Below, piece after piece: positions 53,827 to 64,000 of a DNA stretch of 64,000 bases (positions are counted from its first letter, which is position 1; every line of letters begins with the position of its first letter). Source of the stretch: Hormiphora californensis. Taxonomy: Eukaryota > Animalia > Ctenophora. Under the pieces are notes generated by a model. The model saw only the letters and a program-made list of their open reading frames with translations. It did not search any database and had not been told where the DNA came from. Made by a program: the position numbers and the translations under genes. Where the stretch lies: contig CM035361.1 in NCBI GenBank assembly GCA_020137815.1, forward strand, positions 2,604,001 to 2,668,000, given 5' to 3'.

Positions 53827-56162
53827 CTATGCTGGAGAGTCTAAAATATAGTTTTGGGGTAAGGAAGAAGTTTTGGGTCCGTGAGTGTAAGGGGGTATCA
53901 TAATATTATGCTAATTTGATCGGTGATATATTATGTGAGAGATCATGGCAGCTCCTAAATGCCCCGATAATAACATTTTTTTTTTTTAAAAGGGGGGGGG
54001 TTCTTGTTGGTGTCAGACAGGAAATGGAGGGGGGGGTTCAGGGGCTCTTGTTGTGTAAGAAAAGGAATGGGGGGGGGGGGGGGTTATCATGATTCATGGG
54101 GTTTTAAAACCTTTTCGGCTCGGGGAGCCGGCCTTAGGAAAATCACCTCCATAATTACTGAATAAGCGAAAATGGAAAATTATGGTTTTTATATATTCAG
54201 GGGTTTTAAAGGGTAGATTTGTTTAAGTGCTCAAATGCTGGTAAAAATGAAGATGGTGTTGATAAAAATAATTTGCGGTTTTTTTAAACAAATCAGTGGG
54301 CCTTTTTGAAAAAATTTGCATTGGGATTTTTAAATTCCCACTCGGTTTGTAAATTATCTCCAAAATTCCCTTTCGCCTCATAAAATCAAAAAATCCGCAA
54401 TGAAACTCGTCTTCTAAATGTATAATCGGAGCAATATTTTGAATTCCATGCCCCCTTAGGGGGTAAACGAAATGGAAGTTCCAGGACTGGAAGCTCACTA
54501 TTTTTAGATCCGAAAACAAAATAACCTTAAAAAATTTGTGGTGTTCCCAAATGTGAGGTTTTTTTGGTAAAAAAAATCACAAAACCCCCTTTTGGGCCAA
54601 GTCCCAAAATGCGGGTGAGAGAGAAAGAGAGAGAAACAGGGAGAGAGAGAGAAAAGAGAGAGAATAATTGTGCAAGCACAAAACGGTATCCATCGGATAT
54701 CTATCTTCTTTTTACGGCCTCTTTCTCTATCAATACATCTTCTTTAAAACTGGCCTCAATTGTCCCCTTTAAACCTTTTTCCTCCCGAGCTCTGATTTAG
54801 CGACTATTATGTTGGACTCTAAGGTCTTGAAAAAATAATGGATTTTTTATTGCTGGCACGTGATCTGAAACGCTGTCACGTGCCTCCCACTATGTCACAG
54901 CTCAAAACAAAGAGAAAGGGGGAAAAAGAGAGGAGAGAAAAAGAGAAAAGGGGCCGGGCAAGGGGTAAGAGAAGAGGGGAAAAAAGGGGGTTTTTCCCTT
55001 TTCCAACTTCTCCCCCCCTTGCCAAAATTTTTGGGGGGGTTTTTAAAATTTTTTTTAATTTCTGGTTTTAAATTTCTGTTTTCAATTTTTTAAAAAATTT
55101 ATTAAAATTTTTCTTTTTTTTTTAGTTTTTTAAAAAAAAATTGAGTTTCTGATCTGTATCTCTGAAGCTTTAAAAAACATAAAATTTAAGGTACATTGAA
55201 TCCCTTTTTAATTTTTAAAACCGGTTTTTCTTAAATTTCCTTTTTTTGGTGTTTTTTCGGTTTCAACCCTGTCTCAAAAAGACCCTTTTTCAAAAAATGG
55301 TAAAAGGGGAGTTAGAAAAAGTTTTGGGTTGGTTTTTGTTTGTCTGTTAAAACAAATAGTTTTTTCAGTTTTACCGTAACCTAAATCTCTATGGAATTCA
55401 ATTTTAAAATTGACCGTTATCTACACATATTTTTGGGTGACAAGTCCCATGTTTAATAAAAATTGTAACTGTTAAAAAAAGTGTGTACATATTAAGGCGT
55501 CCCTATAGTATCATGTAAGTGTGAGAGTTGGTTAAATTCAATCCGGCTCGAGTCCTCGTCCCAGCTATAGTACAACACCTGCTTCGTTCAAAAGGGGGAA
55601 GAAAACCTCCTTTGTTTTTGATATGAGGGGAAAAAAATGGACACTATTTGACGTGGTGGATGGGGGGGGGAGAGAGAGGAAGAAAGAAAGAAGAAGATAA
55701 AGAAAGGAAAGAATCTCGAATTCCTTGTGATCGAAACCCCATGTTATTGTATAAAGGAGTTTGGTTGAAAGCAGATTTTTTTTAAAATTTTTTTTCTAAT
55801 CAAAGAGCCAGCAACTTTTGAACATTCAGCTGCAAAAAGTTAGAAGATAAGAAGCTGAAAGAATATATAATTATCTCCAGGGTTTTGTCATTATGTTCAA
55901 TTGTTGGTTTGTAAGTTCGGAATCTAAATTCTAAACATATATTTCTGGTTTTTGTCGGTTACGAAATAACCTCTGTGTGCTGGCAAGGGAGGGGTAACTT
56001 CGTAACCAACTGGTTTTGGTGATACTAAATTCTAACGGAGTCACAGTGACTCAGAAAAGACAGCACCTGTATGAGTAGCTGTTTTTGTCCATTCTAATTC
56101 TGAGCTCGTGCCGGTTGTCCGTAACTGGTTAGTATTTCAATCGCAAGTACCAAAGTGAACTC

Positions 56163-56308
<146 letters not shown>

Positions 56309-56407
56309 CTCTCTGCCTTTTCACCGTACGGTGTGTGTATTATTGGTGCCTAAATTACGACGTAAAAATAACTGACGGTGTATTTTGGTCAACCTCCATT
56401 TTCTCTC

Positions 56408-56484
<77 letters not shown>

Positions 56485-57034
56485 CTCTCTCAATCACTCT
56501 TTCAGTGTATTTCTATTCGTTTGTCCGCCCGGTTGCGTGTTACATCCAAATAATCTTGAAATTCATTGTTTTTTGTCTGAATAAAGAAAGAGATCTATAT
56601 CGGGGGAATAATATCATGTCAACATCACATGGAAACACAACAACTGTTGTGTCTTTTCACCTCGAAGCTCTGTTATATCAACAAATGTGTAGTGGTAAGT
56701 GAAGTTTGAGATCAAATAAAACAAATAATACTCCCCCGTACTCCCAAAAGATGCGTGATGTAAAATCTATTTAGAATTACACTGACAGTGGTCATCCGGC
56801 ATAATTGTCACAGCTCGACGTGGAATTCGACGTGCGCACTGCACATTCGGATGACCACTGTAAAAGGAACAACACAACCTTGCATGCACCAATGTTTGTA
56901 TTGCTCCGTTTTGCTAGGCGTGATGGGGGGTATTGGTGTACCATGTATTGTGTTTGCTTGCTGCATCTGCTGTGGTGTTATACATGGTATTGTTCCCCCG
57001 TTCAGGTTGATCCAAAATGAACTATTGTTTAGGA

Positions 57035-57167
57035 ATTATTGTATACCAGAAGAATAAAATTCGGCACTATCTATAGTGCCGAATTTTATTCTTCTGGTAT
57101 ACAATAATCGATGGATCGAGTATATACTAATAGCCACTATAGTGGCTATTAGTATATACTCGATCCA
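57035..57167. repeat. Two adjacent perfect palindromes (36-bp arms with 2-nt loop; 56-bp loopless)
   Basis: 57035-57070 pairs with 57073-57108; 57112-57167 is self-complementary. Confidence 0.95.
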
Positions 57168-57406
57168 GATTTCCACTTATCGGAATACGGGTTGTCTGAG
57201 CATTTCAAACCTGAAAAAAACTGGAAAACAAACGGACAAAAGTTTCAAAAACCAAGTTTTACATGACGTATTCAGTTTTATGCAACATTCCAGACACACT
57301 CTTGTCACATCAGAGTTGACACATATATTTTGCTAGCAGCACACGCACACTATCTCTCCTTGAAGCAACTGTAGCGGCTACATGGCTTCTCCAACACTCT
57401 TCTCGT

Positions 57407-57448
<42 letters not shown>

Positions 57449-57609
57449 GAGAGAGAGAGAAACTCTTTGAATTCCTAGCTCTATCTCTCTCTCTGCCTTG
57501 GAATTTCTCACTCTCTATCTGTATGCTTCGGGTTGTTGTGTACTATAACGTATAGCTCAGCACTGTATACGCGATGGTCCTGCTCTTCTTTCCTGGGTTC
57601 TGTTTTTAT

Positions 57610-57718
57610 CAGGAACCGACCGAAACAAGTAAACAACCAATCAAAACTCGTTATTTAGGTCACGTGACTGGTTATCAGCCAATCAGGGACCAGTATTTCC
57701 TGATTCGGTCGGTTCCTG
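57610..57718 (+). mobile_element. hAT-type MITE, copy 5
   Basis: Same element; 8-bp TSD GTTTTTAT. Confidence 0.9.
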
Positions 57719-58488
57719 GTTTTTATGAAGGCTTCTAATTCCAGAAATAGTTTGGCCTTTCGCAACCGCAATCTTTAATGCATCAGCAATTTTGACGCAC
57801 TTTATACCCGCCCCACTTCATTTTTTAAAGTGCATTTATATAGTGCATTTTTTCTTGCATTTATTCCTTTCATTTCGTAGAAAATTAATGCATTTATTAG
57901 ATATTAGTGCTTGAAACATAAAAGTAAAAGAATGTTCGAATTTAGGGTAAAATGTGTTTACTTTGGTCGGCCTTTCTGGTAGCATGCCTATCTACCGGTT
58001 TTTCTTCCTATAGAAGTTATTGTTTTGTTGGCCTGTCTTTATAGTTCCTCTCTGTAATATTTCCTCCCTTTCTCACTTTCACTCGGAGTCCAACTTTTGC
58101 ATAAAATACAAATTGAAGAACGAGGCACGTTCTCTCGAACTTGGTGTTTTGTCTCGAGCCGTTTATTGACACTATCTTGTCTGGTAGGTGCAGTATGAGT
58201 AGGTAAATACAGCTGTAGTGAGTAACTGATAAAGATCACTCGTTAGAAGAGATATATATATGAGTAATGAGTATGCTGTATGCAGTTCCTGAGACTTTTC
58301 TTCCTATGGTGTCTCTACTTGTATCTTGTCTGTGCTATAACAGGAGGACAAGAACTAAATAAAGCTAAAAGAGTTCATACGTCATCTTCGAATCTGGGTG
58401 GTCAATAAAAAAGGTGTTGGATGATACACTTGTGTTGTTCTGAGTGTCGCAAATGGTGGACATTGTGCTCTCTCTATCTCTCTATCTA

Positions 58489-58522
<34 letters not shown>

Positions 58523-58679
58523 CCCTCTCTCTCTCTCTTTCTCTCTCTCTATCTCTATCTCTCTCTATCTCTCTATCTCCCTCGTGCTAATCGGTCTCTT
58601 AATGATCCTTCTACTACTGGCTGTGCTGTGTCTGTAGGTACAGAATGGGAGAGAGAACGAAGGGAGAGATAGAGAGAAC

Positions 58680-58730
<51 letters not shown>

Positions 58731-58914
58731 GAGAGAGATGGATAAAATTAGGAAGGTGGGGAGGGAAAGATGGCCTCAATGGAGAGCAGCGTATTTTTGT
58801 CAACCGTTCCTAGTGGACTTTATTTTTAGGATCGCTCGTGCAGTGCAGCATGCTCTCTATCTAATATCTCTCTCCCTTTCTCTCTCACTCTCTCTCTCTC
58901 TCTCTCTATCTCTA

Positions 58915-59007
<93 letters not shown>

Positions 59008-59326
59008 GCTATATCCCTCTCTTCCTCTTCTGTCTATCTATTTTTCCTGTACCACAACTATCACTGCTAGCACACAGCGAGTTCTCACTTCTAGATAGAG
59101 TTGCCATATAATAACTTAGTGCTTGCTTCTTATAATTTGGTGCATGTTATATTTCATTTAATGGATTCATGAAATTGAAAAAGATTGAGGTATATACTTA
59201 CAGTAGTCAATAGTCATCCTACATATAATGCATACTAGCAGTATTTTTTGTTTTTCCAATTCATGTGTGTTTGGTCGTTTTGGTTTCCTAATTGTTCTTA
59301 TCTTTTGAAATCTCTTTTATTTTATC

Positions 59327-59380
<54 letters not shown>

Positions 59381-60225
59381 ATCTCTCTATCCACCTCTCT
59401 CTATCTCTCTCCATGAGATGATTACTTCCGGGGGGATCTATTTTTACCTCCGATATATAACTCACACGAGACATTAATATACATCCCACTGTAGTCAGCA
59501 GTACTCATCAATTTTAGTTCTTTATTTTTATCTCTTGTTTTATTCAAACCCGAGGCACGGGATGAGAGAGGTTCGAAGCAAGAAATCTCCACTAGTGCTG
59601 CACCCAGCAAAACAAGTTCGAGCTTTTGTCTGCATATCTTAGCTTCTATCAACTTTTCTGTGCTTTTACATTTAAATTAGAAGGACATCGTAAGACTATT
59701 TAAAAGTTAGGACCCCGTCTTTTTTTAAAAATTTTTGCATTTAGATTAGAAGTGAGTATGACACTTACTTAAGACTATCAAGGACCCCGTCTTGAATGAA
59801 TTGAGCCATATAATAAAGTTTGTCCCTACTCCCTTGTTTGCTTTTCGCACTTCAATTATAGCTTGATGCCTGATTTTACCGTGGTTCACTGATCTAGCTG
59901 GTTCCCAAAAGTGTTTCTCCCATGTATCTTATCCTTCTACTAAGCATCGAATGGTAAGTTGATTAAAATACAGACGTTTATTAGACATATAACAGCAGGC
60001 CAAATATTGAATTTATCTTTTACTGATTTGTTTGAATCATAGGATTTTTGGTAAAATGTTATGTCAAAGATTAGCAGAAGAGAATCTTTGGGAGCTCGGA
60101 AATTTAATGAACTTGAATGTAAAAATAATGGAAGCTTTGGAGTGTGTGTGTGCTGCACTGTGTATGTGAGTCGACAGTCATGTGACACAGAGGTGCTGAA
60201 AGATATGTGTCACATTACCTCGAAC

Positions 60226-60268
<43 letters not shown>

Positions 60269-60283
60269 TTCTCATTCTCCCTT

Positions 60284-60362
<79 letters not shown>

Positions 60363-61355
60363 TTCTCATTCTCCCTTTCGCACTCGTTCTCTCCACCGAA
60401 CACGCAAAGTACACATTTCATTCGTAAATTGTGCTTTACAATTTCTGGTAAAATGAACTCTTGGACATTTTGAAATACAACTTTCAAGTCTGAATAAAGT
60501 GAAAACTTCTTAAACTTGGCAAAAAAATGTAAAAAATGATTAAATTTGGCTTTGAGACGTGGTGGTGTTTTGGGTATGTTTTGTCAGTGTGTTTGTTTGT
60601 TTATTTTCAGTATTGCACCACCTCTCGAATTGACCACCTCTCGATACAATATAGCTAGTTGTCGAATTTTATTTTCGTCTGTGGTGAGCCAAAACAAATT
60701 TTAAAATGGACATCTTATTCTTTTCGTTGTTCTTTTCAAATCCCCATTATATTACATTTTGATTGAACACCTTCTGGGATGAATAGAAAATAGGGAACTC
60801 AAAGAAAATGATGGGGACGTTATATTGAGAATTAAAGAAAATGATGGGGATGTTATAGAGAAAAGTAAGGGATTCTAGAACTACAGAGAGATAAGCTTGT
60901 AATTTGAAGCAAGCTGCAGTTCCCTCGGGAGAACGCTATGATGAGTAATTTTAGATGAGAGAGAATAAGAGATAGAGAGAATAAGATAGAGAGAGAAATC
61001 ATACCTTATCATTATATTATTATCAAACACACTATGAGAACTAAAGCCCGCATTTTAAGTTTAGAGATTAGATTGCTATATAATGTACTTGATCTTTAAA
61101 AGACAACTAGTTGGATAACTTATCCCCCGACCCCTCCAATTTACTCGGCATCAGTCCACATTTTTTTTCTTTTTTCCTCCTCCAAGTTCAATGCTGCTCT
61201 GTTCCCTCTCGCTCTAGCAGCACGTCTCTATCTCCGTTATCCGTCCTGCGACCTGCAATCACGAAAGATGCATGCCAAGTTGTAGTGTGCAATTGCAATT
61301 TGAGCTCTCTCTCTTTCTCTTTCTATCTCTCTCTCTCTCTCGCTTTCTCTCTCTC

Positions 61356-61398
<43 letters not shown>

Positions 61399-61799
61399 GC
61401 ATGCCGGACACTCATTCCATTACGATTGAAGTGCACTTCTGACACAAACCAACAAACACACAAACACATTTCCTGAACCATTAATTGACATCTAATTTTG
61501 TTCATTGTTTTGGAGTTTAATACCACGTACTCTGACGTCACGTTTCTGTCTTTCTACTTTTTCTATCTACAATAATATCTTAATATTGCATTCCTCATTC
61601 TTTCTTTCTATATATCTCTCTCTCTCTCTCGCTTTCTCTCTCTCTTTCTCTCCCTCTCTCTCTTTCTATCTCTCCATGTCATCGGCAACGCGTTGTCGAA
61701 GCTGCCACCCGGCGGCAAGGGAGGGTGGTATAAAAATAGGATGCGAATTCGGCTGTGCTACATTTACCAACGCAGTGTCAGGCAGCTAAAAATACACGT

Positions 61800-61965
61800 A
61801 TGTGCGTGTCACATGACCACACACTTCATCCAGGCCCACTGGCCAATAGAAAACCACCATTTCCGTCACGTGACGGTGACCAACCAATCAGGGCTCCCCA
61901 TTTACCCCCACGTGACACACATACTCCTAATTGACTTGAGAGTGACAAAAATTAATGCAGTGTAG
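61800..61965 (+). promoter_or_regulatory. Probable promoter of the Smaug-like gene (CCAAT + E-box module)
   Basis: GTCACATGAC, CCAAT, GTCACGTGAC, CCAATCAG, CCACGTGAC within ~110 bp, ~750 bp before the first coding exon. Confidence 0.55.
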
Positions 61966-62682
61966 TGTGCGTCTTCTTGTTACAGCTAGTACACATGATG
62001 TTTTTCGTTGTAAATTTGTTACAAACTACCGCACTTGTTTCACTCTTAGCCACGGAAAAATGGTGCTCAAAGTTGTTGTTTGGATTGTTTGAAATGAAGT
62101 TGAAAGTGAAAGTAAATCTTCTGATATCTGATAGTGAAACTGAAACTTGTCATAGTGAAAGTGAAACTTATGTGTGTTTTCAGTTTTAGGAAGACATCAT
62201 AACCCTGGAGATATAACAGTTCAAAAAAGACCAGAAAAAGATAGAGAGAGCGAGTTTAGGAAAAGTAAACTAATTAGGTTTATATCTAGGTTTTTTAGGT
62301 GGGTCAAATAAATGTGTGTGTGTAACATTGATCTAAGTGTAACATCCTGTTAATTAGAACTGTTATTTCCCGTCACTGTGTGTGTGTGTCACCCCATATT
62401 AAATTCCCACTCTTCCTGTCACACTCACCTGTAAAACATATTCTGACAATCATATGTATGCAGACATGTCACTTTTAGCCCCCCCCCTTTTTGTTGAATG
62501 GACGTGACCTTTATTTTATATAGTACTAGCGAGTTTGAACCATTGTCGTTAATTAATGTCTCGCTATGACGTCACCCAAATTTAACCATTTCCTCGGTAC
62601 TTATATTTCTAGTTTTCTGTTTTCAAGAAACTCTTTTTACTAACGCACGTACTGTTTTTCTCTTTCAGGATTACGTGCTAGC

Positions 62683-63838
62683 ATGGAGGGCGGTCCTTCC
62701 TCTCCCTTGCAGCTAATTAACTTGATACACAGCAACCAACTTGTCCCAGGTATGATTTGAAATTCAGGATAGAAATTTTCCTTTAGAGTTACACTGTTAA
62801 ATATATTAAACACTATAATATAACTCTCTTCTACTCACAGGCAATCCGGTTTTAAATCACGTGTTTTTAACGTGGGTTGATACCACTCTTCGACAGTGTT
62901 ACTCTACCCAACGGAACCTTGAAGAGTGCAGGCGACTCATCTTACTGGTGAGTTAAAATGGGAAACATTTGCTAGACCCTCAAATGGGTTTGAACAAAAC
63001 AATGAAACAGCTTGCACTCTTGACTCGCCCCGATCTCTTTGGGTACCGCGGTGTCCCCTCTTTCCAGTACATTTTGAATCAGGAACCGACCGAAACAAGT
63101 AAACAACCAATCAGAACTCGTTATTTAGGTCACGTGACTGGTTATCAGCCAATCAGGGACCACTATTTCCTGATTCGGTCGGTTCCTGCTTTGAATTTTG
63201 TACGGGGGTTTACCAGATACTTAACACATCACCCTGACATTAAAGTTTGGAACCCTCTAACTAACAATTTTACTTTTCCTAGGTTTTTAAGACTCCTGGT
63301 TTCACTCCTCTCGAGCTTGCCAAGTTCCGTCACTGGAGGGATCTATTTGATAGTCTCTTCCCATATCTCCCCGCCTCCGATCAGGGATCTGCCGCTGAAT
63401 CCGGATATAGTTCGGGCGGTTCTGACAGGTCCGCAAAGTTATTTTAGAGCTTCTTCACTGTCTGCAAAAGGATATACTGTAGAACTTACCTTTAATGCTA
63501 TTAGAGATTAACATTCATTTAATATTCGGTGTATTATATTTCACTGCTCGACTAACCCCCTAATAGCTCTGCCCCTCTCTCCAGATCGTCCTCGTGTTCT
63601 CCGTCTCCGACACAAGACGGTATGTTCGTCTACAACCCCTCCACCGCCTTCCTCGTCCCATCCTTTCCACCCATGCCGATAGTACCGCCTCCCCCACCGC
63701 CCCCTCCTGCCCCCTCCAACCACCATCACCATCACGCGAGGCTGGTGAAAACTAGCAGTGAACCGGTCAACTACATGGGGACACGGTGTAAAGTGGCACC
63801 ACGGGAGCGGGCTATTGATGTTACCAATCATATCACAG
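62683..63838 (+). CDS. Smaug/SAMD4-like protein, 5' part (continues beyond window)
   Basis: Phase-compatible exons 62683-62749, 62841-62947, 63283-63428, 63585-63838. LVPGN...NLEECRRLILLVFKTPGFTPLELAKFRHW resembles the N-terminal Smaug-similarity region as I recall it from SAMD4 (LKPGN...HIEESRQLLSYALIHPA.S.EDR..L..W). SAM domain not in window. Confidence 0.6.
63080..63188 (+). mobile_element. hAT-type MITE, copy 6
   Basis: Same element; TSD TTTTGAAT/CTTTGAAT (7 of 8). Confidence 0.9.
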
Positions 63839-63949
63839 GTAGGAGGCAGGAGCATTATAATGGGATCGCAGTATGTATTGCTCTCTGACGCAGCCATGCA
63901 CTAACGTCATTTGACAACTTAGTTTCAAAAATTTTTATTTATTTCAAGC

Positions 63950-64000
63950 GTATTTTTTCCCTGCCCGGGTGAATGCCGAAGGCATTCACCCGGATGCCTT
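63950..64000 (+). mobile_element. Probable Helentron/HINE-like terminus
   Basis: T-run followed by the perfect hairpin CCGGGTGAATGCC-GAA-GGCATTCACCCGG; cut by the window edge. Confidence 0.45.

Noticed and set aside
53900-55800. Region with extreme homopolymer density
   Set aside because: Looks like low-accuracy or unpolished sequence; nothing interpretable.
62969-63511. 180-aa ORF
   Set aside because: Runs through intron and MITE sequence, out of frame with the real exon.

Overview
Eukaryotic (animal) genomic DNA, intron-rich and full of (GA)n microsatellites and small DNA transposons. The divergent proteins and the repeat content suggest a ctenophore, probably Pleurobrachia-like; this is inference, not shown by the sequence. 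Splicing exons by hand gives six minus-strand genes, right to left: SRP9; a Vti1 Qb-SNARE; a long nanos gene nested on the SAME strand inside Vti1 intron 3; an MBOAT1/2-type lysophospholipid acyltransferase; TCF/LEF with beta-catenin-binding domain, HMG box and C-clamp; and an RRBP1/kinectin-like ER protein. A plus-strand Smaug/SAMD4-like gene starts at the right edge. Most notable: (1) SRP9-Vti1-nanos looks like one transcription unit, with almost no promoter space and an in-frame Vti1-Nanos splice option; (2) the Vti1 last exon is duplicated with 10 of 10 substitutions synonymous; (3) TCF sites with adjacent C-clamp helper motifs cluster around TCF's own 5' end; (4) a hAT MITE carries the same CCAAT/E-box module as the Smaug-like promoter. 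Most ORFs in the supplied track are spurious microsatellite or antisense frames.
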